The translations under genes and the position numbers were made by a program. From assembly GCA_964016885.1 (NCBI GenBank), contig OZ024757.1, positions 4,216,001 to 4,280,000 of the forward strand: DNA of 64,000 bases, written 5' to 3'. This DNA comes from Eledone cirrhosa (taxonomy: Eukaryota). Of this stretch, positions 42,540 through 56,428 are shown piece after piece. Every line of letters starts with the position of its first letter. The stretch's first letter is position 1. Below the pieces are notes generated by a model. The model saw only the letters and a program-made list of their open reading frames with translations. It did not search any database and had not been told where the DNA came from.

Positions 42540-43000
42540 ATACCTTCCTGCCAGATTGTTGAACGTATATACTTACCTTATGTATATGAACGGCTGAGAA
42601 GCCCAATTTGCATATCGAGTGGGTTAATCGGCCGGGTGCACCGAAAACGATAAGCGTAAAAAATGAAACGAAATTTCATTTCCCACTCTTAGTACGGCTG
42701 TTACTTAACTATAAGTTTTTACACGTACATACATATATCTATACAGACGTACAGTAGTATGTATATATATGTGTGCATGTATGTATATATATATACACAC
42801 TACTGTACGTCTGTATACATATATGTATGTACGTGTACATACTTCTATTTAAGTAACAGCCGTACTAAGAGTGGGAAATGAAATTTCGTTTCATTTTTTC
42901 TTTTTATCGTTTTCGGTGCACCCGGCCGATTAAACCAATCGATATGCCGTTAATATGCATAAGGTAAGTATATACGTTCAACAATCTGGCAGGAAGGTAT

Positions 43001-43042
43001 ACGTTGCTGACGATAGCTAATAAGCTTGAAATAGTACAGCGT
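43001..43042 (+). ncRNA. Type I minimal hammerhead motif (1-nt deletion in stem III, probably inactive)
   Basis: acgttg-CTGACGA-tagctaataagctt-GAAA-tagta-cagcgt. Confidence 0.55.
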
Positions 43043-43223
43043 TACTTTGTCAGTGTTGAACAAACGAGCAACGATGGTTGCTAGACACTGTACGGCTTAA
43101 TTCGGGATGTTTGTTTACAAACACACCGAGCATTATAATAAATGTTCGGTGAAACCATACGTACATATATATATATGTGTGCATGTATGTATATATATAC
43201 ATACTACTGTACGTCTGTCTACA

Positions 43224-43249
<26 letters not shown>

Positions 43250-43255
<6 letters not shown>

Positions 43256-44181
43256 AAGTTTTACATATACATAAAGTTATAGATATATATGTTGCAACCG
43301 GTCACTTTTAAGCTCTATGAAGAATTAATAAATTAAATAATCAGAGCAATATATCATAAATCATGTCTTTAGAATTATTAGATAAAATATATACCGTTTC
43401 TTCTTCCAATTAGCATAATTAACCATATAAAAAATCAATTAGACCAAGCTATAAGAAGAAAGGTTCTTATGAAGAAATCTTCGACAAATAACCGAAAGTG
43501 GCCTCTTCGCGGTGGCCCTAATTGGAAGAAGAAACGGTATATATTTTATCTAATAATTCTAAAGACATGATTTATGATATATTGCTCTGATTATTTAATT
43601 TATTAATTCTTCATAGAGCTTAAAAGTGACCGGTTGCAACATATATATCTATAACTTTATGTATATGTAAAACTTTATATTTAATAATCTCCCGTTAGGT
43701 TGAGATTAAATTTGGCGATATTTGGCTGCGCTTTCTAGCAACAAGCCTACCAGCCGTAAGCATTCAATCACATTCTTTCTAGCTTGACCACAGCCACATA
43801 GCGATTCTTAGCCATTTTTGAATCTAATTTCGGCGCGATCAGGTTGAAAAACTAGATGTCTGATTTTGAGTTTGTCTCCTGATGAATCCTAACTCAGGAC
43901 ATTCCTATTAATTGGATGTCTAAAAATACGGATGAAACCATGGTAGAGATATAATTACGGTATGTACACATTTCTTCAAAGTTTAATTTTACACCTAATT
44001 GTGCATGGTTGATGATATATTTAGTCAGTTTCCACATGCTATCGAAATATTGGATAAATATACTATATTGGGGCCACCGCGAAGAGGCCACTTTCGGTTA
44101 TTTGTCGAAGATTTCTTCATAAGAGCCTTTCTTCTTATAGCTTGGTCTAATTGATTTTTTATATTGTTAATTATGCTAATT
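43250..44181 (+). mobile_element. 658-bp hammerhead-containing module (43518-44175) preceded by an inverted copy of its end-to-start junction
   Basis: 43250-43413 is the reverse complement of 43518-43681, and 43408-43518 is the reverse complement of 44071-44181. Flanked by (TA)n. Confidence 0.8.
43874..43950 (+). ncRNA. Type I hammerhead ribozyme motif
   Basis: gtctc-CTGATGA-ATCC..(gacattc/ggatgtc hairpin)..GGAT-GAAA-CCATGG-TA-gagat. Palindromic stem III ACCATGGT, GUA site. Confidence 0.82.
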
Positions 44182-44261
44182 ATGATATATATACACACAT
44201 ACATATATATACATACTTGTATGTTTACATAAATATAAATATATATATGTATATATGTATG

Positions 44262-44327
<66 letters not shown>

Positions 44328-44494
44328 ATTTTTCCTCAGTTCGGTTTTCTTCGTCGCTATGGTCACTGCAGACCGTCTATCGGTCGCTGTATTTGATTTG
44401 CAAAGCTGTCTAAACGTAATGTTATAACTCTAGGGATTATTCCCTATTGAGTGCTTCGCTCGCTGCACAGCGAAACTGCATTCGTTATCTTGGC

Positions 44495-44790
<296 letters not shown>

Positions 44791-44791
44791 T

Positions 44792-47700
44792 CTAAGGCGG
44801 GTAAAATTCCCGAGATCCATGGACGAGTTCTCTCCAGCGGTCTCTGTCCCTCATTATCGCTGCCATATCCTGCATCTCCAACAGACCAGTGTCTGTCCTT
44901 AGGGCATCAACATATGTTAACCTTGGTCTTCCTCTTCTAGTGTGTCCATGTAGGGGCTCCCAAAGGAGCACTGAGTGCAATGTCAACTCTGGATGTCGGT
45001 GAGCATGTCCAGCCAACCTCAGTCTCCTCTGTGTCACTTTTGAGCTGACTCTTGGGATGCTCCCATACAGCTCTGAGTTTTTCATCCACAGTGTATACTG
45101 ATTAATGTCCAGAGCCATCCTCAACATTCTCGTGTAGCACCCATCCACCATCTGAGTGAGTTTCTTGGTCAGTGTCCAAGTCTCAGACCCATACAGCAGC
45201 ACAGACTCCACTACAGCAATGAAGAGGCGGATTTTCAGGTCTCTACGAAGGTCCGACTTCCACACCGATCTCAAGCTGTGGCACGCCGCCCAGGCCTTAC
45301 TCTTCCTCTCAACCACATCATCCTCCGTATTCCCAATCTTTGCTCCCAAATACAGGAAGTCCTCAACCAATTCCAGAGGCTTCCCGCCTACATTAGTGAT
45401 CCCCTCTGGCTTCTCAACATTCTCTACCAGATATTTTGTTTTAGTCTCATTCATTCTCAGCCCCACACTCATCGACACAGTCTCAACCTCCGCATCAAAT
45501 CCCCTGCCTCCTTCACTGTATTTGTCACCAAAACTATGTCGTCGGCAAATTCAGCATCCGATACCTTTTTCGCCCCAACTCTCCTGCTCTGAGCCGGTGC
45601 TACAGTAAAGCCAGAGTCCTGGTGTTTGTCCAGTGCAAGGCGCATACAATAGTCCACTACGATGACAAAAAGGTAGGGAGCCAATGTATCTCCCTGGAGC
45701 ACTCCAGCCAGTATCTCAAAGAACTCTGTCATCCCATCAGGTGTAATGACTTGGGCTTTGGTGTTGGTGTAGAGCAGTGATATCAGGTCCACTATCCTCT
45801 TGGGGATTCCATAAGCCTGTAAGATCTTCATCAGGCAGTAACGGTCCACAGAATCACAGGCCTTCCTAAAGTCAATGAAAACCATAACCGCAGGAAGGCA
45901 CTTTGCTCTAGCTCCCTCTAATATCCTTCTCAGCATCAGGATGTGACTGGTGGTTGATCTACCCTCTCTGAAGCCGTTCTGGTTGTCCCTGAGCTTCTTC
46001 TCCATCTCAGGCTGGATCCTGTTAAGAGTCATCCTGTTGAGGGTCTTTGCCACAAGTGACGTCAGTGAGATCCCCCGGTAGTTGTTGGTGTTAGAGAGAT
46101 CTCCCTCCTTTGGCACTGGGACGATGTTACTGATCCTCCACTGATTCGGGGCAACTCCTTTCTCCAGTGCCCCGTTACAGAACCCCAGGATGATATCATC
46201 AAAATCACACCTCTTCATCACCTCTGATGCCACTCCATCTTCTCCATGAGCCTTGCCCTCCTTGATCTTCTTCTTGGCTCTCTGAAGCTCCTCTCTGGTG
46301 AAGGGCTCTGTCTCAACATCCAGTTCCTCAAACAGCCGCCTGATCACCCCTGTGCTCTGGGCTGTGGAGGGTGGCTCTCCTAGTAGGGTCCTAAAATGGT
46401 CTAGCCATTTCCTCTTCCTATCCTCGGGCCCCGTTCCCCGGATCTGACTCGAACACCTTTTCTTCCTCCCTGTGATCTCGTTGATGATCATCCAGCTCTC
46501 CTTACATCCAGATCTGTCAACCGCTCTCTCCACACTTCTGATCTTCTCTATCAGTGCCTCCTCTCTGACCTCAGTGTAAGCGGTACAGAGCTCTTCCCTC
46601 ATCACCTCCACAGTCTCCATCCTCTCCTCCGTAGGATCAGTATAGAATTGATCCCTGGCAGCTTTCAGGTGTTCTCTGGCTGCACACACTTTTGGGTTTG
46701 CAGAGCTGACGTGCTTCCCTTTGTTCTTTTTCCTCGGCACCAGGGTTTCACTTGCTTTCGCCACTGCATTGGTGAAGTGCCCGTACCTCCTCGTCACACT
46801 CTCCTCAGTCCATCCAATCTCTCTCGCCGGTGGTCACTACCCAGTGTACTGAAATAGCTGTATGGTTCCGTGTTCAGAACACTATTCCGCCACTTTTTCC
46901 TCACCAGAATGAAATCAATCTGGGACTTGGACAGGTGCATATCTGAGATGTAGGTCCACATCTTCCCCAGATTCTTCCTAAACCTTAGGTTGGTCGCCAT
47001 CAAGTTCGCCTCCAGAAGGGTGTCTCTCAGTAGTCTTCCATTTCGGTTGGTGTTGTTATGGAAGTACCAGCAAGGATCTTCACTGCCCTCCTTACTCAGA
47101 TGTGCATTGAAGTCCCCCAAAACAAGCAGGATATTGTGTGCCTGAGTGGTGCTGACAGCTCTACACACCTCCTCATGGAACTCCTCCGCATTCACATCAC
47201 TGTCCCCCTCGGTTGGACTATAGGCTGAGATGACTGTCAGTCTTGGGTTTCCATTGAAGGTCACCCTCAACACTTGCGGGGAGATATGCATTATTTCCCT
47301 CACCAATAGATTGGTTTTTGCACTGAACACAAAACCCACTCCTCCCACTGCAGCATTTGTTGTGTTCTTCACTGCCGATGTAGTGATGAGCTGGCTCTTC
47401 CTCCCGATCATCACACTCCTCACGGGCTCATCGTGTAGAATCCTGTGTTCTTGGATCGCAAGTATCTGTATACCACTCTCCTCGAACAGATGTCCCAACT
47501 CCTCTCTCTTCTCCAGCGTCCGAATAGTCCTCACATTCAAAGTGCCCATTTTGATGGCTCTTCTGCAGGACAAAACTGCATTCTTTATATTTGTCTCAGA
47601 GACAGCTGATCCATCATCCACTGGCCCTCTCTGTGGCTCTAAGCCAGCAGAGTCATAACGACCAGGCTGCTCCTTGACAGTGTAATTAGGGGCTCTAACC

Positions 47701-47948
47701 CTAGTGCTGTTAGATCGACTCTCCATATTTCTTTTCAATGGCTGACAATACCTTACCGGTGCCACTCGAATAAGGTAGTTATTTAACCCATAAATGGAGC
47801 CCTAACAGGTACTACCACCCCGGGCCAGGGCAGACCTGGGAGTCATGACAACTAAGGGGTAACTCCACATTCCCCACATCTCCTGAACTCCCGAACTGGA
47901 GCCTTGCCACTGGATGTATAATGTCATACCCAGGACATACCCAGGACG
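44792..47948 (-). mobile_element. RTE-clade LINE, near full length, decayed (APE endonuclease + RT; internal deletion and frameshift)
   Basis: ORF 46794-47765: GTLNVRT, IQEHR, AYSPT, GDFNA, QIDFI, SDHR. ORF 45469-46797: NYRGISL, QNGFR, QGDTLAP, FADD. ORF 44792-45478: YLG, LLYGSETW, RLRLAGH, RGRP. Single ORF, stop directly followed by a simple repeat, ~180 nt 5' UTR. Confidence 0.92.
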
Positions 47949-48569
<621 letters not shown>

Positions 48570-48638
48570 TATGAAGAGAGAAGAAACATTTAGATATAAT
48601 TAGTAATAAAATGTATCATACCTAAACTGCTCCTAAAT

Positions 48639-48726
48639 TCCTCGACTACGTAGTTTCGTGGCATAAACAAAAACAATATATCAAAGATATAGAGTCCCTG
48701 CGAGGTCTGCCGACTTATCAAGAGGA
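48639..48726 (-). ncRNA. Type I hammerhead with U3:A8 core variant (unit 1)
   Basis: Minus strand: tcctc-TTGATAA-GTcGGCA...TGCCAC-GAAA-CTACGTAG-TC-gagga. Confidence 0.75.
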
Positions 48727-49229
48727 TACCTCATTTTACTAGTCTCAAGAACGCGTCTACACGACGTGAGAAAGAATCCCAAAAGGCGGAGGGGGAGATA
48801 GTCACGCGATATAACGGTCGAGAAACAGAGCTAAGCCTCTTATAACCACGAAGAAAATACCACGGAGGCGGAGGGGGTATTCATATCGAGGCCGTAGAAG
48901 AGGTAGTGAAGAAGGCGAGAAGTATGAGTAATGGAAGCTTTCCAGTTGTCCCCACACTTCAAAGATTGCTCGACCAGAGGGAGTTATTAATATATTTAGA
49001 AACACACAGATACATGCGGACACACACATATATACATGAATGCATCCGCACCCAACTGTGAGTTAAGGGTGCCAACTTCACCGATGTTGCTCAATGAATG
49101 ACTGGGACAGACCAATTCAGTTTGAACCAGACTGAACCAGTATCAGAGTTAAAAATACATTATGAAGAGAGAAGAAACATTTAGATATAATTAGTAATAA
49201 AATGTATCATACCTAAACAGCTCCTAAAT

Positions 49230-49317
49230 TCCTCGACTACGTAGTTTCGTGGCATAAACAAAAACAATATATCAAAGATATAGAGTCCCTGCGAGGTCTG
49301 CCGACTTATCAAGGGGA
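49230..49317 (-). ncRNA. Type I hammerhead with U3:A8 core variant (unit 2)
   Basis: As unit 1, with one mismatch in stem I (tcccc/gagga). Confidence 0.7.
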
Positions 49318-49820
49318 TACCTCATTTTACTAGTCTCAAGAACGCGTCTACACGACGTGAGAAAGAATCCCAAAAGGCGGAGGGGGAGATAGTCACGCTA
49401 TATAACGGTCGAGAAACAGAGCTAAGCCTCTTATAACCACGAAGAAAATACCACGGAGGCGGAGGGGGTATTCATATCGAGGCCGTAGAAGAGGTAGTGA
49501 AGAAGGCGAGAAGTATGAGTAATGGAAGCTTTCCAGTTGTCCCCACACTTCAAAGATTGCTCGACCAGAGGGAGTTATTAATATATTTAGAAACACACAG
49601 ATACATGCGGACACACACATATATACATGAATGCATCCGCACCCAACTGTGAGTTAAGGGTGCCAACTTCACCGATGTTGCTCAATGAATGACTGGGACA
49701 GACCAATTCAGTTTGAACCAGACTGAACCAGTATCAGAGTTAAAAATACATTATGAAGAGAGAAGAAACATTTAGATATAATTAGTAATAAAATGTATCA
49801 TACCTAAACAGCTCCTAAAT

Positions 49821-49908
49821 TCCTCGACTACGTAGTTTCGTGGCATAAACAAAAACAATATATCAAAGATATAGAGTCCCTGCGAGGTCTGCCGACTTAT
49901 CAAGGGGA
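49821..49908 (-). ncRNA. Type I hammerhead with U3:A8 core variant (unit 3)
   Basis: As unit 2. Confidence 0.7.
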
Positions 49909-50554
49909 TACCTCATTTTACTATTCTCAAGAACGCGTCTACACGACGTGAGAAAGAATCCCAAAAGGCGGAGGGGGAGATAGTCACGCTATATAACGGT
50001 CGAGAAACAGAGCTAAGCCTCTTATAACCACGAAGAAAATACCACGGAGGCGGAGGGGGTATTCATATCGAGGCCGTAGAAGAGGTAGTGAAGAAGGCGA
50101 GAAGTATGAGTAATGGAAGCTTTCCAGTTGTCCCCACACTTCAAAGATTGCTCGACCAGAGGGAGTTATTAATATATTTAGAAACACACAGATACATGCG
50201 GACACACACATATATACATGAATGCATCCGCACCCAACTGATATAGAGTCCCTGGACTCTATATCTTTGATATATTGTTTTTGTTTATGCCACGAAACTA
50301 CGGAGTCGAGGAATTTAGGAGCAGTTTAGGTATGATACATTTTATTACTAATTATATCTAAATGTTTCTTCTCTCTTCATAATGTATTTTTAACTCTGAT
50401 ACTGGTTCAGTCTGGTTCAAACTGAATTGGTCTGTCCCAGTCATTCATTGAGCAACATCGGTGAAGTTGGCACCCTTAACTCACAGTTGGGTGCGGATGC
50501 ATTCATGTATATATGTGTGTGTCCGCATGTATCTGTGTGTTTCTAAATATACTA

Positions 50555-50652
<98 letters not shown>

Positions 50653-50677
50653 TATACATATATATATATATATATAC

Positions 50678-50722
<45 letters not shown>

Positions 50723-50723
50723 C

Positions 50724-50779
<56 letters not shown>

Positions 50780-51802
50780 GGGGGGAGAGAGAGAGAGATG
50801 GCGCCCTATTACATTATGAGGTTGTAGTCATTGCAAATAATTAGTTTTATTATAAACTAGCTGAGCTACCCGGTGATACCCGGGTATTTTATGAAAGTTA
50901 CAATATATTTGGCACACATTACAAAATATTTGACCATTCAAATATGATTGCTGAATTTTAACCAAAGAAAGAATTATAGCAGAATATGTATTGCCGTTTG
51001 GTCAAAGTAAATCATCTAGATAAAAATATTACTTTTTTCCAGTAGTGAATTTTTTAATACTGCTCCCTATTACAGTCAGCATATATAATGCTTTACTCAT
51101 AGATGAATCATTAGGTATGTTGTCAGTGAAAGGGGCATGACCCAAAAAATACATTTAGATTTTTTTTATTTATCCTTTTTTTTCGCTCAATCTGAACCTC
51201 TGAAATTCAAACAACATGTAAAGACTATTTTAAAAACCATAAATAAAATAAGAAAATAAATTTAGCATTGGTTTATGATTAAATGAATCATTTACTTACT
51301 CACTTTTGTAATTCTTGGAAAGTGTATTTAAATTTGTACACTGTAGCTTTCACCAATCTTTGCCTCTATGGCAGCAGGATCTTGTTTGAGGGAGATTTGT
51401 TTTCTATTTCTATTAGCTATACCAACAGTTATAGTGGCTCACATGACATACATAGATACATACACACACATGTGTGTAAGACAGTTGTTTGTGATTTGAA
51501 ATGGATTTTGCTAATATATCTAGTTAATCGAGTTATCACATAGAACCATTCCTTTTTGCTTCATACATATATTCATACCTGAGAAAGTAAGGTGGGATTT
51601 GAAGGAAATGTGGCTGTTATTTCTACCCAACAAAGTCCTCACTTATACTACTTTATATAGCAGAGGTACCCGGGAATGCCTGCATATTCTTCCAAAGTAA
51701 CACCATGCAATAAATTTGCGGCTTCAGCATTCCTTGTAAACTACATGACTAAGGAATTAGGATATGTGTGTATTGTCATTGAATGAGGAATTACAACATT
51801 GC

Positions 51803-54800
51803 TCATTCCAAAGCCTCTGGATAAACAACATTCTTGGTTTTGCCCTGTGGTGCCACAATGAAGAGACAATCAAGGTTCCCAACCCTTGTTGTGCCAACAG
51901 AGAGTTGACCATGCGAAAAGACAGGATCTGCCAGATTCAACCCAACGACTTTCAATGATTGCCCTTGAGATTTATTAATGGTCATGGCAAAACTGAGCCT
52001 GATCGGAAATTGAAGTCTTTGAAATTCAAATGGCAAATCAGTTGGCTTCAGAAGTATTCTGGGAATGAAACAATTGTCACCAGCAAATTTTCCTGACATG
52101 ATTGCAACTTCTAGATCATTGGACACCATATTTTTGATGATGAGTCTTGTGCCATTTACAAAGTTTTGGAGGATCCAGATTGCGAAGTAGCATAACTGAT
52201 GCTCCAAGCTTCAGTATCAGGTTGTGTGTGGAGGAATTCCCGCTTGTTCAAGACTGTTCAAAAATTCAATTGGATAGTTTACAACCTGGTCTTGAGAAGT
52301 GATTGTGTCAACTGATTTATAGCATATTTTCTCTCCCGTTAACATCTCCAGCAGCCTTCTGTTGATTTCTTTCACAGCAACATTTTTAGGTGCTAAGATT
52401 GTTCGTTCACAGAGCCATTTCGGATCACATTGCCTGGTCTGAATATTTGGAAACACTCTGGCAATCAGTTCTTGTTCTGTGTCAAGGATATGGCCAAAGG
52501 ACAACTGAATATGGTAATTGGAGTCCTTTTCAAGAAGTCCATTTCCCAATTTAAGTAGTTGGATGGCAAACTCACTGACACCTTTGTCACCAATTAAGTG
52601 CACTCGCATGTTGGTTGTAAGGCTCAGCAGCTGAAAGTGGGGCCAGAGATAGGATGTTTTCAGACAGGCATTGATCTGATCAGCTCGAGTCCCTCGAACA
52701 ATTACAGGCAGAGTTTGTCTGAAATCACCAGCAAGAAGCATTGTCACTCCTCCCATTATGCAACTATTTTCTCTCAGATCTCTTATCGTCCGGTCCAAAG
52801 CTTCAATTGCTCCTTTATGCCTCATAGTAACTTCATCCCAAATTATCATCTTGCATGTTTGCAGAAGCTTGCCCTTGGGTGAGTTCTTGATGTTGCAAAA
52901 AGATTTTCATGCCGTGTGTGATCTATGGGCAGCTGAAACATGGAGTGTGCAGTTTTTCCCCCATCCAGAAGTGTTGCTGCAATGCCACTTGAAGCCACAG
53001 CAAGGGCAATATGTTGCTTTTGGCGAACTTTTGCAAGCAGGAGGTTTATGAGGAATGTCTTGCCTGTGCCAGCAGGAGCATCGATGAAGAAAAGTCCTCA
53101 CCTGTCATTTTGAATGCTTTCGATGATGTTGTGGTAGGCGTATTTCTGGTCATCCATCAATCGAGGTTCATTTTCATCCACAAACTTACGCAATGCTTGA
53201 ATATCGTAGTTTGTCTCCTGAAACATGTCTTGTGCTACCTCCATTTCTTCATCTGGCTCTGGCACCCCACAGTTAGCTAATGTGCTATTCATTGCCTGAA
53301 CTCGATGGGACAGGTCACAGAGAGCTTGATTGTAAATCCTGGGGGTATATTCCATATACATATTGCCATGATGTCTTCGGGCTAGGTGTAGATTGTCGTC
53401 CGACATATTGTTTTTGCACTCCTTCCAGAGTAGAGGAGCTTCATCAATTCCACATGCTGTGAGCATAATAGCAAATAATGACTGGCTACCTGAGTGATTG
53501 CTGCTTCTTCTAGGAACTTCTTCCAGTGTCCATTGTCATGCAGGAGTCCGTGCTGTTTACATGCTTCTTGGTATGTTGCGCACTCCCTTCCTCTGAAGCA
53601 CCTAAGATTCTCAAATGACGTTGGTCCTCGAACAGTATGCAGAAGTAGCCGTAAATAAAAACATTCTCTGTTGTTGGGATGGACATTGTAAACAGGCCCA
53701 ATAGCATCACTTGACTTGACTTCATGACCTTCCACTAAATGACCTTGCTTTCTTCGATTCCAGGTCTTGCAATTGGTCCAGGTGTAGTATGTTGGGACTT
53801 CAGCATATAGGAGGGATCGAGCAAATTCATCATTCTGGCAGAGTTTAAAGAAAGCAGTTAGTGTAGTGTTATGTGATGCTTGTGCTAACTGATGAGCAGT
53901 GATCTCGGTGAAGAACACTCTCTGTCCATTTTCCAGATGAACTGCGCGGTTTACCACTGTTGGTTGGCGTTGGTGGATATCAAACCCAAATATTGGCCAG
54001 ATCGCTTCATTGCTGGAGATGTATCGACCTGTTTGATACAGTTAGACCTCATCCAGCCCACCATCATTGAGTTCTTTGTCAGTAATAAAGGTAGCCATGT
54101 CACTGCCCTTGTTGATATATTTTGTGACATATAGGATTGCCTTGACGGAGCTGCAATACTCAACATTGATATGAGCTTTTAAAAGTTTACACAACAATTT
54201 GTTGTGTGGGATGACCCACTGATTGTTTATGGTCAGCTCCTCTCCTCGAACTGTTAGGCTTGCAGTATTGCCTCCATGTTCTGGTCTACGCCTACGATAA
54301 AGGGGGTATCCATTATTGTCAGTCCGAGTTTCCCGAATAAAAGCTCTAGGATAATGTTTGCTGCATTTTTTATCTTTCATGGAGGGAGAGGCTGGATTGA
54401 TGACTCCACATGGACCATGAATGAGTTTGGACTTGATGGTTTCAAAGAGCTCTCGATCACCACCTTTATCAGGTAACTCTGCTGAAATGATCTTATCAAC
54501 ATCATCTGGTCTTATCTTCACTTTGCATAGTGAGGAAGATCTCTCTTCTGCCATCCAATAGTGGTTATCCAAGCACTAAGCTCACCAAAGATTCTTCCTT
54601 CTTTTAGGAGCCAGATGAGTTGTTTTTTTTTGCCTTTCGTGGAAAACCCCAGCAATGAGGTCATGTCGATCCTTTGGTTTTTGATTTTGAAATAATTCAT
54701 TTGATATTTCTGACAAGTTTGAATTGCATGTAAATGTAATGAAGAGATCTGGCCGACCAAATTTTCTGACATAGGCCATTGCATCTTGCGTACGTTCATG

Positions 54801-56331
54801 CAAGTAACGTGGTCCTCCTGTGAAGCTTGATGGTAGTATGACTGGCTGGCCAATATTTCTTTGGTCAACATCAGAATTGATGGCATCTCTAAGGTGGATG
54901 TAGTTATTTGCCCTCAACTTAGTTTGATTCCTTCGCAGAAAAACCAATCTTTCTGTTTCAATTTTGACATACATGTCCACCATGAAGTGGTTGGTTACTT
55001 CTTTGAATCGCAGAACTTGGTTGAAGTGATCACGTACCATGAAATGATAAGCATAGAATTCTTTGCAGCTGATTGATCGGCCAGTTTCTTGTCCCGTTCG
55101 TGGGCTGATCTGCCGTAGCTGAAAATGATATCCATCTTGACCATTCCAAAAGATGAGCGGATATTGGAATGAGTTTCACAAATTGGCTCCAAATGTGCAC
55201 TTCGTTTTTGCAAAACAATGTCACGTCGTTCATGCTGTAAATCAACCATTATGATTGCAAGGCCGTGGATTGGCATTATTGGTAGAGTGTCGGATGCCAT
55301 GCTTTGGCGCATAGAGTTACGGCCCTTGCCATTCTGAGTTCAAATCCCGCCGAGGTTAACTTTGCCTTTCATCCTTACGGGGTCGATGATGATTGCAACT
55401 TCTTCAGTGACAGGTGCATTGAATCTGCATTCATGTGCTGAAGCTGGGCGTTTGTCTGCCCTAATGATGATTTTACGATCTCTGGTGTTGTTCATATGCT
55501 CCAGTGTATATTTAAATACACTGACGTACATGTGATGTTGGTGAAGCATTTCTTGTAACTTTATGACTATGTAGAACTGCAGTCCACCATGGACATTGGT
55601 ACATCTTTGTTGTTCCTGTGTTTCATTTCCACCCATGAAGTAAACCTGCACACATTTGTGAGGCTCCTGTGAAAGTAGCAGAAGGCCACCCATTAAGTGG
55701 TAACACTGTCCCTGAATGTTATAAGTTGTACAGAATCTAAAGTCAGTCACATTCCTATCAGCCCCAAAAGATGTCATTTGAAAAGCAGAATTATATTTTA
55801 TGATGTATTTATTGAAGTGTCGTGCTTCTGGTGTATGCTGAAGGAGCAGATTCTTCAGAAATTCAGGAGGTTCTTGTATTGTTTTAAGGCTCACTTTGCC
55901 TTTTGAGCAGCATAGACTTGATGTTTCTGCTGCCCACTTCTTGGGCCCACAATACTGGCAGCATTTGTTCATTTTCCCAATGTTGATTTGCGGATTACTG
56001 CTGTAGTGATTTTGTGGGTCATAAGAAAAAGCACCCATCAGCCAGTTCATTTTACTTGTGGCTTGTTCTCCTGCTCGGGCAGTAGAACGACGTGCTTGAT
56101 TAGCATTTCCTCTGATTTGCTGCTGTTCCTTAATTTGTTGTTCTCGTGTATCAGCGCAGTCCTTTGTTCCCTTTCATCCAAATGGTGTGCTCGTGCTAAA
56201 GCTGTTTGGGCTCTGTTAGCAGTTAGACGGGCATGCCGAATTTCTTCACTTTCATCAGATCGCTGTGTTTTCTTTCTCTTAACCTCTGAAGATGACCTTC
56301 CATATAATGATCTGGAACGTTTTCTAGGCAT
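51803..56331 (-). pseudogene. Helitron RepHel (HUH Rep + PIF1-like SF1 helicase), many frameshifts
   Basis: CCSKGKV, YNSAFQMTSFG, LPSSFTGGPRY, FGRPDLFITFTCN, HGPCG, AHINVE, KYINKG, LRLLLHTVRGPTSF, IIWDE, GDFRQTLPV, RLQFPIRLSFAMTINKSQGQSL. Confidence 0.93.
55261..55388 (+). mobile_element. 5' half of tRNA-derived SINE inserted in RepHel with 10-bp flanking duplication
   Basis: Matches 15886-16011. ATGATTGCAA occurs at 55251-55260 and 55389-55398. Confidence 0.85.
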
Positions 56332-56358
56332 TTGAAGTGATATTATTACACACCACAT

Positions 56359-56428
56359 GATAAAATAAAGTACCAGTAATGCACTGAAATAATTGCTGGC
56401 CTTGTGCCAAAAGTAGAAACAATTATTA
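56359..56428 (+). mobile_element. 3' half of tRNA-derived SINE
   Basis: gataaaataaagtaccagtaatgcactg..ggccttgtgccaaaagtagaaacaattatt, with attattacacacc repeated on both sides. Confidence 0.8.

Larger units (their letters stand above)
42286..43245. mobile_element. Inverted pair of ~0.4 kb terminally redundant, hammerhead-containing non-coding modules
   Basis: 42286-42770 is the imperfect reverse complement of 42800-43245. Each arm repeats its first ~50 nt (acacgtacatacatatat.tatacagacgtacagtag) at its other end. Confidence 0.8.

Noticed and set aside
44325-44497. Hammerhead-like string CTATTGA-GTGC..GCAC-agc-GAAA-CTGCAT-TC between TA tracts
   Set aside because: The core box is corrupted (no G5) and there is no convincing stem I. 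At most a dead remnant.
47766-47948. Ribozyme in the RTE 5' UTR
   Set aside because: GC-rich and plausible by clade precedent, but no HDV-like pairing could be assigned by eye.
48802-50211. Identical 75-aa ORF three times
   Set aside because: It starts at a non-ATG codon in a GT-rich stretch, has no domain, and its identity follows from the recent tandem repeat.
51803-52849. Host PIF1 helicase gene
   Set aside because: It is contiguous with Rep-domain fragments inside Helitron termini, intronless and frameshifted.
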